A stretch of 64,000 bases of DNA, taken from positions 36,946-100,945 of the IMG/VR virus record IMGVR_UViG_3300023263_000002; one strand, written 5' to 3'. The position numbers were made by a program, and so were the translations under genes. This DNA is from a virus (lineage: Duplodnaviria > Caudoviricetes). Below the pieces are notes generated by a model. It was not told the DNA's origin. It did not search any database and worked only from the letters and a program-made list of their open reading frames with translations. This document shows, piece after piece, positions 28,373 to 37,609 of the stretch. Numbering within the stretch: the stretch's first letter is position 1; every line of letters starts with the position of its first letter.

Positions 28373-28738
28373 TTAGACGCGATGGCCGCCGAGCAGGACC
28401 GGAATCACGTCGCCGGAAACGCCGCCCGTCAGAGACTGGCCGATCGCATACAGGGCAGAGGTCGCAGCAATGCCGAGGCCGGAGGCATTCGACATCACAC
28501 GCTGACCAGGGACGACAGTACCGCCGAGCTTGACCTTGGCAATGCAGCCGATCTGAACAGTCGCCGGCTCGCCGCTGGCAGCTTCCTCATACACGGTGCC
28601 GAGGGCGACTTCACCATTGCCAGCGAGAACGAGCGTGCCGGCCTCATTCAACTTGACGATCTTGTTCAGATCGCCCGTGAGATCCTCGCCCGCCGTCTCA
28701 GCGTGCAGGAAGGCCTCATGAACACGAAAAATTGCCAT
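28373..28738 (-). CDS. Capsid decoration/cement protein
   Basis: Small Gly/Ala-rich beta protein between scaffold and MCP. Confidence 0.75.
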   Translation of the reverse strand: MAIFRVHEAFLHAETAGEDLTGDLNKIVKLNEAGTLVLAGNGEVALGTVYEEAASGEPATVQIGCIAKVKLGGTVVPGQRVMSNASGLGIAATSALYAIGQSLTGGVSGDVIPVLLGGHRV

Positions 28739-28803
28739 TTTATTCTACTCCGTTTGATTTGAGTATGAATGGGAGGGGCTAAGACAATGCCTAGCCCTTC
28801 TGA

Positions 28804-30063
28804 TTACGCGGCGTTGTCGGAATTGCGATAGTCCGCAAAGTCGTCCGGGAACTCAGTCCGGGCCTTCGTGAACGCAGCAGCGTGACCAAGGTTGTCGCGC
28901 TTCTTGACTTCGGCGACTTTGGTCAGGAACGGATGCGAGCCGTTCTTGCGGAGACCAGAGTACTTGTGGACCGAATCATCATCGCCGTTCGAGCCGACAC
29001 GATTGAAGGCCGACTTGATCGCGCCCTCGCCCGCAGCAAGCATCTTCGAGATGGTGTTCTGGACAGACTCGTCGAGAACCTCGAGGCCCTTCAGGACCGC
29101 TGCCTTCTCCGCATTGGTGCCGGGCAGGTTGCCGTAGGAGTCAGCCGCCACCTTCTCGTACTGCGACATCTGACGGGCTTCCCGCTCAGTCGCGGCCGCC
29201 TTCTGGGCGATCTCGATCTCCTCGTTCTGGGCCTTCATCATTTCGAACATGTCGGCATTGGATTCCGACTTGCGAATGGTGCGCCCCTTGAACGTGATGG
29301 TCTCGCCCTCGTCGCCGGCCTTGCCGACCAACTTCTTGCGCTCGCCAGCCGGCTTGCTGCGGAAGGCACGCTGCGCATCAGCACTCAGGCCGCGCATGTA
29401 TTCCTTCTCAGCGTCGCTCATCTTCGCGAGAGCCGACTCGTCCTCGAGCTTCTTGGTCAGGTCAGCAACCTGGGCGTTGAGCTCCTCGACCTGCTTAGTA
29501 AGGCCGGCCGCAACGCTGGCGTCCGTGGAAGCCGTAGTAACCTCCTCGAGCTTCTTCTCAAGGGCCGCGATCTGCTCCTGCATCTGATCAGCAGTCAGCG
29601 CCTTCTTCACCATATCATCAACCTCTTCGTTCGATTTGCCTAAAGCCGACATCATGACGACATCAGCGCTGCTCCACATCTGTCGAATAACAGACATGAA
29701 ATCTTCGACGGTGTTCCGCATCATCGTGAGTTTGGTCTCAGGAGGAACTGCGGAATCGCCAGCAATTGATTTTAGTGATGTATCCATCGCGTAGATAACC
29801 GGACACACCTCTTCCATCACTTCATGGTATTCCTGGCAACGCATCTCCGCTGCCATAGCAGTAGAGAAAGGGACGGCGCCGTCTATGGGATCAATATATC
29901 TTTTTGTTAGTGCTCCAATATCGAGTTTAGTCATATCCACATCTCCATCTGCGCTTTTTACAATGCGCATGAGTGCGCCTGATTGCGCCGGAATATCAAC
30001 AGCGCTGATCTCTCCGATTTCAAAGGCGCGCATGACATTGAGCGCTTTTGGTTTCTTGCTCAT
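28804..30063 (-). CDS. Scaffold protein with N-terminal protease-like strand; possible internal start at 29613
   Basis: IGEISAVDIPAQ at the N-terminus; long coiled coil; GAGG RBS before the internal MVKK. Confidence 0.75.
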   Translation of the reverse strand: MSKKPKALNVMRAFEIGEISAVDIPAQSGALMRIVKSADGDVDMTKLDIGALTKRYIDPIDGAVPFSTAMAAEMRCQEYHEVMEEVCPVIYAMDTSLKSIAGDSAVPPETKLTMMRNTVEDFMSVIRQMWSSADVVMMSALGKSNEEVDDMVKKALTADQMQEQIAALEKKLEEVTTASTDASVAAGLTKQVEELNAQVADLTKKLEDESALAKMSDAEKEYMRGLSADAQRAFRSKPAGERKKLVGKAGDEGETITFKGRTIRKSESNADMFEMMKAQNEEIEIAQKAAATEREARQMSQYEKVAADSYGNLPGTNAEKAAVLKGLEVLDESVQNTISKMLAAGEGAIKSAFNRVGSNGDDDSVHKYSGLRKNGSHPFLTKVAEVKKRDNLGHAAAFTKARTEFPDDFADYRNSDNAA

Positions 30064-31088
30064 CCGTTTACCCTCTCATCGAGTATACGGCGTCCGCCGA
30101 TACTGAATCCCGTGTACGTGCCATCTTTAAATCTTTCGAGGATCTCCGGCCGCACAACTTTCATGCCGATCATCAAGCCAGTGGTCGGTGTCGTGATCCC
30201 CATCATCTTGGCGATGTCAGCTGTCATCGGCCATGCGAATACAACTTCCCCAACCCGCTCGACGCTCCTCGGATCATCGCCAGCGTAACGATGCATATGG
30301 CCAGCAATACGTGAGTTCATCATGAAATCCGTGGCAGCGTGCAACATCGCCTCTTCGGGGATGTGATCGCCCTGAGTATCGAAATACGGCTCGCCGCGGA
30401 TCTTCGAGATGACTGCCCAACCAAAGACGATACCAAGCTCAGTGCTGACTTTGGCGACCTGGAACACCTTCTCGGTGATAGAGTCTTTCCAGTCCTCGTC
30501 AATCGGCTTTAGCTTCTCTGGGCCGAACACCAACTCGCCTGTATAGGGATGGACCATGTCGAGGTTGACATCCGAAGCATCCCAGGAGATAGTGACGTGC
30601 GGCGTGTACTGGAAGTGGTCCCACGTCGCACCGACCGAGCGAAGGTAATCCCACCGCTCGTTGAGTTCTGGTGATTTGAATAGAAGGACAGTAGCTCCAC
30701 CATCACCAAGCCGGACCACTGCTCTACCCGTCGGGTCGTCGGCAGTGACTGGCGTCGCCACAGGAGCCGGCCATTCTACCGGCACGCGCGAGTACGCGAG
30801 AGTAACGTGTAGATCGCCACGCTGAAGAACTGTCTTGAATCCCTGCTGCTTAGCCCATGCGATAAAAGGCTCCGCATTAAGCAGGGGCCGGCTCACGTAA
30901 AGCGGCCGCTCAACCCTCTTCTCGATGGGAGCGTGCTCGCATACAGCACCAAGCCGAACGGAGGCGTTATGGATCGATTGGATATCAGTAAGGTCCGTAC
31001 GCGAGTTACGGGCGCCAATCTTAGCCATAGGCTCAGGTAGGGCCGCCCTCGCCGCATCCGGCAGGTCATCGGTAGAAAACCCTGACAT
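30060..31088 (-). CDS. Acb1-like 2H phosphodiesterase fused to XkdF-like prohead protease
   Basis: LHVTLAYSRV and YTPHVTISW (two HxT motifs); C-terminal GIVFGWA, DTQGD, HMH, YTGFSIGG. Confidence 0.82.
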   Translation of the reverse strand: MSGFSTDDLPDAARAALPEPMAKIGARNSRTDLTDIQSIHNASVRLGAVCEHAPIEKRVERPLYVSRPLLNAEPFIAWAKQQGFKTVLQRGDLHVTLAYSRVPVEWPAPVATPVTADDPTGRAVVRLGDGGATVLLFKSPELNERWDYLRSVGATWDHFQYTPHVTISWDASDVNLDMVHPYTGELVFGPEKLKPIDEDWKDSITEKVFQVAKVSTELGIVFGWAVISKIRGEPYFDTQGDHIPEEAMLHAATDFMMNSRIAGHMHRYAGDDPRSVERVGEVVFAWPMTADIAKMMGITTPTTGLMIGMKVVRPEILERFKDGTYTGFSIGGRRILDERVNG

Positions 31089-31260
31089 ATTTATTTGGGA
31101 GCCTACGGGAGAGTGGCAGCCGCCCGAGTTCCGTTAGGGGCCAGTCCGCGTAGGCCGTAAAAGTAGCATAGCCCTATAGATGACGCAATATGGTAAAATT
31201 TAGGTTAAACGCAGAAACGGCTCCACAAATACGTGAAGCCGCTCTTCCTTCAGAAATATT

Positions 31261-31425
31261 TTATGATTTCTTTAGCATGGCGCGGCTCTCAGCGAGCAGC
31301 GCCTCGACGGTCTGTCGACGAGCTTCGTCGTCGTAACGAATGATATCAAACTCTTTCTCGTCGTCCTGCCACACAAATCGTGATACAGGATCTACTTTCT
31401 TGACTGGTTTTGCTTTCCTAGCCAT
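31261..31425 (-). CDS. 54 aa protein, candidate immunity protein for MuF-ART
   Basis: Manual translation MARKAKPVKKVDPVSRFVWQDDEKEFDIIRYDDEARRQTVEALLAESRAMLKKS; GGAGAGGT RBS just after the ART stop. Confidence 0.65.
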   Translation of the reverse strand: MARKAKPVKKVDPVSRFVWQDDEKEFDIIRYDDEARRQTVEALLAESRAMLKKS

Positions 31426-31434
31426 CTACCTCTC

Positions 31435-33507
31435 CTATGGAAGAAGTTCCAAAACAGCTTTGTTACTTGATATCGAATGAACGATAAATTTCGAACCTCG
31501 ATTAAGTAGAACTTCATATTCTCCCTTAACCCTACTTATAGGATTGATAGCTAACGCCGAAGAACCCTTTGGCACCATTATTTCAACTACAAAAGGCTTC
31601 TGATTTGCCCGCGGAAGATACCAATTCGCCGCAAAGTCTCGGCTCATGCTCGTACTAAGGAATGCTTTATCTAGAATAACTATTTGCCCTTCCAATGCAC
31701 CAGAAAAAGTCCTAAGAAATCGATCAGCACCCATACCGCGAAAAACCATGATATCTTCTGTTAGTCGAGTTCTAGAAAAAACATCATCAAGGATTTTAAT
31801 AAACTCTCCCTCGAAATCAGGTAAGGTGGGATCAAGCTGAAGTGGTTTCGAACTCCTCAAACGTTTTTCTAGTAATTTGTTAATCGCCTCGTACTGAGAA
31901 CCCGTATACCTTTGAATGGTTTCGAGTTCAATAGACGTCAATGGTCGTTTTAAACTCTCCTCGTACATCTCCCTAGCGAGTGTGGTTAGTTCCTCCTTTG
32001 TTTTAACAGCGATAAATAGATCTTTATTCTTACCAGATCCCTTTGGCGGTTTCGTTACTGTAGATGGCACACCATAATCGTATTTGGCAGAAGTTGCAAC
32101 CTTTTCGTTTCCGATGGTTTTTATCGAAGTAGATGTAATCCCACGATCCTTTGCGGCGGCTCGAACCACATCAGTGTACTTCTTTGCTGCCTTAGCTTCG
32201 GCCAACTCCAAAGCCTCTGCCGATTTCAAGGCTGCGGCTAGGATCTCGTCTGCCTCAGCTATTTGGGCGGCCTCTACCTTCCTAAGTACGTCAGCCACCT
32301 GAGTATTCAACTGCGTAAAGGCTGTACGAGCTACGTCATTGTCAGCGAAGGTAATGAAGCCATCAGCAAAATCATCAACATGCGCCGTATTGAGATTCTG
32401 GTAAACAGGTGGAGGCGTGGTCGGTCGAAGCGGCGTACGAACTGGCTGCGAGATCGCTGTGCTTTCTCCTGGCGGAAGTATTTTAACCTGAGTTACGCAT
32501 CTGCAGTTGATTACCTCAGCAGCAGGAGCCGACCGATCTCCCGGATACATCAGCTTCGCACCAGACGGACTGACAAAAGGCTCTTCCGCGCCGCGGACCT
32601 GTCTATTCATCGCGAGATGCGTATCGCGCGTGCGCGTATCCATAACGCATCGCCAGGTTCTCTGGATGCGGCCCATCTCCAGATCAACCTTATTGGCCAT
32701 CTGGATCGTGGCTGTATGTCGCGCAGCATTGACTGTGCTCAGCATCTCGGTACGCGCGATAGTCTCCGCACGCATAGTCAACATCCGTTCCTGGTATCGG
32801 CCAACCATTCGTTCAATTTGAGTAGTGGATAACTGCACGCCTTGATCGATAGCCCGGCCGATAGTGCTATCGAACCGGCGATCACGTAAGGTGCGACTAA
32901 GCGCCTCAGAACTACCATTCTGGAGTAGATTGCGGTACTTGTCTACAGCCCCCATCTGGAACTGTGTCAAGCCGATCTTGCTTCGGAACAACCTTGCTGC
33001 CTCGATAGGACTCAAGCCCTGCTGCAATGCCTGTGCTAGAACAGTACGAATCGCCTTCCGCTGCGCATCAGTCATCTCACGAATAAACTGCAACAAGGAG
33101 TTGCGCATCGATCTAGCAGCCTCAGCGCTGCCTGGATCAAATGACAGATCAATGTTCGGGCTCACATCGATCTTCTTGACCTGGTTGATATCCAGTTCGT
33201 GGTAGAGCCAATTGGTTTCGAACTTCCCGGCATTGTTAAATACAGGAACCAGCACACGAGAGAAGTTAGCGATCGCCTGATCCGTTACGTCTACAGCTTG
33301 GATCATTCTTGACTTCGAATAGGCCTCGCCGAATTTACTGGCAACCTCATCAGATCGACATTCATCTAAGAACGTGTCGAATGCATCAATGATCAGACGC
33401 TCCTGCTTCGCCTCGAATGTCACGATGCGTTTAACATCTTCCGGCAAGGCTTTACCAAGCGTGGCGTGCCGGAATCTAACTACATGCGACTGCGGAATAA
33501 ACTGCAT
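31435..33507 (-). CDS. MuF/SPP1 gp7-like head morphogenesis protein with C-terminal ADP-ribosyltransferase domain
   Basis: RAETIARTE, DTRTRDTH, YPGD, INCRC; then YTG..Y..IN, VFRG, FLSTS, GEYEVLL (R-S-E triad). Confidence 0.9.
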   Translation of the reverse strand: MQFIPQSHVVRFRHATLGKALPEDVKRIVTFEAKQERLIIDAFDTFLDECRSDEVASKFGEAYSKSRMIQAVDVTDQAIANFSRVLVPVFNNAGKFETNWLYHELDINQVKKIDVSPNIDLSFDPGSAEAARSMRNSLLQFIREMTDAQRKAIRTVLAQALQQGLSPIEAARLFRSKIGLTQFQMGAVDKYRNLLQNGSSEALSRTLRDRRFDSTIGRAIDQGVQLSTTQIERMVGRYQERMLTMRAETIARTEMLSTVNAARHTATIQMANKVDLEMGRIQRTWRCVMDTRTRDTHLAMNRQVRGAEEPFVSPSGAKLMYPGDRSAPAAEVINCRCVTQVKILPPGESTAISQPVRTPLRPTTPPPVYQNLNTAHVDDFADGFITFADNDVARTAFTQLNTQVADVLRKVEAAQIAEADEILAAALKSAEALELAEAKAAKKYTDVVRAAAKDRGITSTSIKTIGNEKVATSAKYDYGVPSTVTKPPKGSGKNKDLFIAVKTKEELTTLAREMYEESLKRPLTSIELETIQRYTGSQYEAINKLLEKRLRSSKPLQLDPTLPDFEGEFIKILDDVFSRTRLTEDIMVFRGMGADRFLRTFSGALEGQIVILDKAFLSTSMSRDFAANWYLPRANQKPFVVEIMVPKGSSALAINPISRVKGEYEVLLNRGSKFIVHSISSNKAVLELLP

Positions 33508-34065
33508 CTAACCCTCCAACCATTCTTTAGTAGGGGACCCGAGTAATTCAGCAGTCCACCCGCTCATACTTCTAACACGATCGCGGAAGTCATTATTTGC
33601 TGCTTCTCTCCAGTGCTTCTGGTACTTCAAAGCCTCGGTCCAGGCTGCTCCCTTTTTGTGCTTGTGGTAGTGCGGCATCTTTGCATCGATGGGAATGCCA
33701 CAAAGGATCACCTTCGCAGCATCTACTTTCAGAGCGACATACGTTGCCAGCATCCCCGAGGACCCTCCAACTGCATTCACCGTTCTTGTACCTTTGGGAG
33801 CAGACTTCGTTGGTCCACCTTTCCCCGTCCAGTAGTGTTGGATATCGGGCATTCCTCGTGCTGCTCGAAGGCGGGCCCATTTGTCGAGGAAATCAGTATG
33901 ATAAGATACCCAGTGGTCGATCCTTCCCGGGTAGTCTACTCCGATATCGTTCACGGCAACAACGATATGCGGAGAGCATAACGACTGGGCTGACTCCAGG
34001 TCAGCCCAGATGCATTCAGCGCCCCCGAGAACGAAGGCAATCAATTTAGACGAGCGCTCCACCAC
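33508..34065 (-). CDS. Maf/GT29-like Rossmann-fold protein, putative sugar transferase
   Basis: VLGGA, VAVND, GSSG..A...A, VILCGI; cluster context. Confidence 0.55.
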   Translation of the reverse strand: MVERSSKLIAFVLGGAECIWADLESAQSLCSPHIVVAVNDIGVDYPGRIDHWVSYHTDFLDKWARLRAARGMPDIQHYWTGKGGPTKSAPKGTRTVNAVGGSSGMLATYVALKVDAAKVILCGIPIDAKMPHYHKHKKGAAWTEALKYQKHWREAANNDFRDRVRSMSGWTAELLGSPTKEWLEG

Positions 34066-34786
34066 TGATAGCCCATGAGTTTAGGATGTGGTGAAACTCA
34101 TCGTAGTAGATTGTGTTCTCGCGGGCGACGATATTCGGACTGCCGAGGGTCCAATGCACCAGATTGATGTGTTCAGTCGGCATCATAGTAACGCCTACAA
34201 GGTGGTTCCACGTCGCCGGCAGTGCGCCGATGTCATCGTCTTCGAGCCAACAAAAAGCGTGGAGGTCTCGGCCTGGGAGAGTGTTGATCATCTCCACAGT
34301 CAGCTTCTGGTTGGCCGGATGCTCACAATTGAAGACCATCACCGAGGACCAGTTCTTCCGATTGTATTTCGTCTGGATCTCGCCGGTCTTCTTCTTCTCC
34401 TCGGTCGGCACGTGATTGTGTTTGACACAGGTCACTGCCTTGCTCGGATCAACCAGGTCGAAGAGCTCGGCCGGATCAGAGAGGAACATGGTATCGCAAT
34501 CGACGAATAGGGCTAGGCCCTCTTTCTGCAGATGCGGAACCAGGAAGCGTGAGCACGCAAATTCAGTAGACATAGGAGCGTCGCTGATTTTGTCCCACAG
34601 CTTCCCTTCCATGTTGATTGACGTCGGCCTGGTATACAGACCGCGGCGCCGCACTTGGTCCAGGACTAGGCCATGGACTGGGATATCCTCACGCTTCATC
34701 ATCGAACGCGCCGAGCGAAGGCACACTACAAAGTTATTCGTCTCGCGGGGGTCGTACCCCACATAAATGCTACGCGAATTTGACAC
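34046..34786 (-). CDS. GT-A glycosyltransferase (GT8-like)
   Basis: YVGYDPRE, STEF..SRFLVP, FVDCD (DxD), RKNWSS, WNHLVG, HWTLG. Confidence 0.85.
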   Translation of the reverse strand: MSNSRSIYVGYDPRETNNFVVCLRSARSMMKREDIPVHGLVLDQVRRRGLYTRPTSINMEGKLWDKISDAPMSTEFACSRFLVPHLQKEGLALFVDCDTMFLSDPAELFDLVDPSKAVTCVKHNHVPTEEKKKTGEIQTKYNRKNWSSVMVFNCEHPANQKLTVEMINTLPGRDLHAFCWLEDDDIGALPATWNHLVGVTMMPTEHINLVHWTLGSPNIVARENTIYYDEFHHILNSWAISGGALV

Positions 34787-35435
34787 AATAATCTCCTGAC
34801 TTTTCCCACATTAGTTTTGCCCCGTTCCCAATCAGGTATTCAAGGGCGGCTGTTCTGCTTAGTTGGTAACGCTCGGCATTACCTGGCTTCTGCTCAAGCA
34901 CGATGACGGGCTTGTCTTTCAGTATTGTCTTTATGGCTCCTTTCAACACAAACAGTTCCCATCCCTCAGTGTCGATCTTCATCAGATCGATCTTCTGGGG
35001 AAAGAGAAGATTGTCCAACGCGCACGCACGCGTAAGATGGCCTCTGCCGGTACCAGGTTCGGCTACGTGAGCATTGCCGCTGTTGCCCTCGACGTATTCA
35101 ATCCTGATGTCAGAGTCTACATTCGACAACGCTACCTTGTGGCCGGTGACGTTCTCGATCCCTGCGCAGTTCCGTTTCCAGCACTCGAATAGCACCGGAT
35201 GCGGCTCGAAGGCTTCCACGTGATCGAAGAGTGACGCGAGCACGTGAGTCCACAGGCCGACATGGGCCCCGATATCGACCGCGAGGCCGCGCGATGACTC
35301 GGGTACCAGGGCTACCGCAGCGTGTAGCTTCTTGGACTGGTACTGCCCGCGATTCAGCAGAAGCTCCTCACGCTCGAGGTGCTGCTGGAAATGGGTATCG
35401 TCGTCGGGGAACCACATTCCACGAATCTGCTTCAT
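34770..35435 (-). CDS. FkbM-family methyltransferase
   Basis: VDIGAHVGLW, AFEP, KIDTEGWE..VLKGA. Confidence 0.9.
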   Translation of the reverse strand: MKQIRGMWFPDDDTHFQQHLEREELLLNRGQYQSKKLHAAVALVPESSRGLAVDIGAHVGLWTHVLASLFDHVEAFEPHPVLFECWKRNCAGIENVTGHKVALSNVDSDIRIEYVEGNSGNAHVAEPGTGRGHLTRACALDNLLFPQKIDLMKIDTEGWELFVLKGAIKTILKDKPVIVLEQKPGNAERYQLSRTAALEYLIGNGAKLMWEKSGDYCVKFA

Positions 35436-36223
35436 CTCCAGTAAGCCTCTCTCCGCATGTTCTTGACTTCGACCTTGCTCGTGCGGCCATGCCGCTTTCG
35501 TGCACCCTTCGCATGATCAAGACGTGAGCCAAGCTCGCAGTGCACGAATGGATGATGCTGGCGACTGTGTCTCCCCGATAGGCTATGAGGAGTAGTAAGC
35601 CAACCCTGCGCGATTCCGCGCAGAGCTATTCGTTGGAAGACGTATGAGTCGTGAGTCTCGTCAAGCTCGAATATCTTTCCCGACTCATAAATCTCTCGCA
35701 TCTCTGACATGAACCGAGTATGTTCAGGTCTCCAGCACTTGAACATCATGAACCCACACTCGGGATAACCCCGATCACGATGTAGCCACGCGATGTACGT
35801 GTCGGTTGGAAATAGACTGAACAGCCAGTCAGCATCAACGTGAGTATGGGCCAAGGTATCGGCGTCTATCATTATGAGCAGGTCTTCGCCGCACTTGCCT
35901 GCAGCATCAGTTAGTGCTGCTACCTTGTGCCCGAACTTCAGGCAATCACGCCGGAAGTCATACTCCCGGCGCTCTCTGTTCTTTCTGCGGTCGCGACCAA
36001 CAGCATCAGGATTGTCAGCGTGCTTCTTTTTGAACTCCGTGTACCACTCTGGCATGTCGCGATACACTACATTCTTTATCGCTGGGAGGTCGGCGCTCGG
36101 GATGTCCTCGCTGTAGAAATACAGCTTAATATCTCTCGGCCAGAAACGATCGAATGTCCGCAGTAGGCGATGCCCGTATTCCTCGTACCCTTTCTTGCTA
36201 GTCGTCGTAACTACTCGGATCAT
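35432..36223 (-). CDS. GT-A glycosyltransferase-like protein
   Basis: VVTT, KFGHKV, MIDADT (DxD), ECGF, HDSYVF, DHAKG. Confidence 0.75.
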   Translation of the reverse strand: MIRVVTTTSKKGYEEYGHRLLRTFDRFWPRDIKLYFYSEDIPSADLPAIKNVVYRDMPEWYTEFKKKHADNPDAVGRDRRKNRERREYDFRRDCLKFGHKVAALTDAAGKCGEDLLIMIDADTLAHTHVDADWLFSLFPTDTYIAWLHRDRGYPECGFMMFKCWRPEHTRFMSEMREIYESGKIFELDETHDSYVFQRIALRGIAQGWLTTPHSLSGRHSRQHHPFVHCELGSRLDHAKGARKRHGRTSKVEVKNMRREAYWR

Positions 36224-36743
36224 CCTTAACCTCGTAATCGGCCCTAATGATGAGCCCATCTCGTTTGTACTGGCTCAGCTTCTGATTCCACCACCGCGGA
36301 GACATCACGGTAAGGTGCACGTTTACCCCGTCAGGAAACTCCTTCCTAGCAGGGCGGCAGCAGATCGCGAAGTAGGCAAAGCCTCGCTTCCCGATATATC
36401 CGAATAGATTCTTTAGTAGCTCGTCGATATCGGTCTGCGAGATGTGCTCCATGACATCTGTGCAGATGACACCATCGAACTTCGTGCCTTCGGCTGGCGG
36501 ATCCTGAAGCTGAACTACTCCAGGATCGTAACAGGTTGGAAGGATCCCCCAAGCCTCGTGGACTCTGGCTTTCAAATACTGATAGCCTTTTCCGCTACCG
36601 TAGTCCAGAATCGTCTTCGCGCCTGTATCCTTGACCAGCTGGGTGATCTCCTGGACGGATACAGACTTGAGCGCCCCGCTAAACCACTTAGGGTGTTGCT
36701 GGTGTAGTTCCCTGTAGCGTTTTTGATATTTGAATTGACCCAT
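36198..36743 (-). CDS. Class I SAM methyltransferase, paralogue family M2
   Basis: LDYGSGKG, CYDP, VICTDVMEH, NVHLTV..WW. Confidence 0.85.
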   Translation of the reverse strand: MGQFKYQKRYRELHQQHPKWFSGALKSVSVQEITQLVKDTGAKTILDYGSGKGYQYLKARVHEAWGILPTCYDPGVVQLQDPPAEGTKFDGVICTDVMEHISQTDIDELLKNLFGYIGKRGFAYFAICCRPARKEFPDGVNVHLTVMSPRWWNQKLSQYKRDGLIIRADYEVKDDPSSYDD

Positions 36744-37581
36744 CTAACATTCCCCAAAACTTACCGTCGTTGATTTCCGACACGCTCCACTGGCAATACG
36801 CCAAATCATTCAGTAGAGTATGAACTTCCTCGACACTTGCCTCCCTAGGGTTGTTAACGTCTTCAAGCGCGCGGGAGGATATCGGAGCGATAACAGCCTC
36901 GCCGAGACAGATGGTTGGGATGCCGTCAAAGAGGGCTTCCATCACTGCGTTGCTCCCGTACGTCACCATGGCATGCGCGCCACGCAGATCTGCGCGAATG
37001 CCAATCTCAGTTGAGAACTCAGACCCAGGCAGCTTTTCTGCCTCGTGCCAGGACTTCTTCGGACGGTAGAGTATCTCCCGCTTGGTCAGAGCATGGAGAC
37101 GATCAACAACATCCTGCCAGAATTTAGTCGGATGTTCGAGGTTGTGGTAGACGTGATACTTCAAGCTTGATCCAGCGATCAGCACGTGGCCGTCTTTGGT
37201 GGGCTTCCGCCAGCCCTTAAACTCCCATCCCTCGGCCTTGCGACGATCATCAGGCATTCTCAACTGCCCGAGGAACTTCGTAGGCTGGTGGCTGCCATAC
37301 GATATCTTCCACCAATCCGGATTGCGGTTGTAGGCCTTGTCGAAGTAGATGTACGGAACTTTGAGCAGATCGCACTTCGCCGCAAGGTCGGATTTCTTAA
37401 CTCCGATGAACCCGATAATGTCGTATGCGGCGACATCAGGAACTTCTTCGGACAGGGTAACATTCCAGCCGTGCTTGGCCACGCCGTTCTTGAATGCCTG
37501 ACCAAGATCGTATTCCAACTTCCGCCATCCGCCGCTATCGGGATTGGGCCGGATCTGAAAATACATCTTCATTTGATACAC
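36688..37581 (-). CDS. KpsS/KpsC-like (Capsule_synth) GT-B glycosyltransferase, paralogue 1
   Basis: YFDKAY, YRPK, VTYGSN..EAL..GIP, LAYCQWS..E...G..W. Confidence 0.7.
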   Translation of the reverse strand: MYQMKMYFQIRPNPDSGGWRKLEYDLGQAFKNGVAKHGWNVTLSEEVPDVAAYDIIGFIGVKKSDLAAKCDLLKVPYIYFDKAYNRNPDWWKISYGSHQPTKFLGQLRMPDDRRKAEGWEFKGWRKPTKDGHVLIAGSSLKYHVYHNLEHPTKFWQDVVDRLHALTKREILYRPKKSWHEAEKLPGSEFSTEIGIRADLRGAHAMVTYGSNAVMEALFDGIPTICLGEAVIAPISSRALEDVNNPREASVEEVHTLLNDLAYCQWSVSEINDGKFWGMLDGSIQISKTLQGTTPATP

Positions 37582-37609
37582 CTCGAAAGTTTGATTGGGT
37601 TAAGAAATT

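Noticed and set aside
31270-31330. Possible sixth copy of the dispersed element
   Set aside because: Lacks the core motifs and lies inside the 54 aa ORF.
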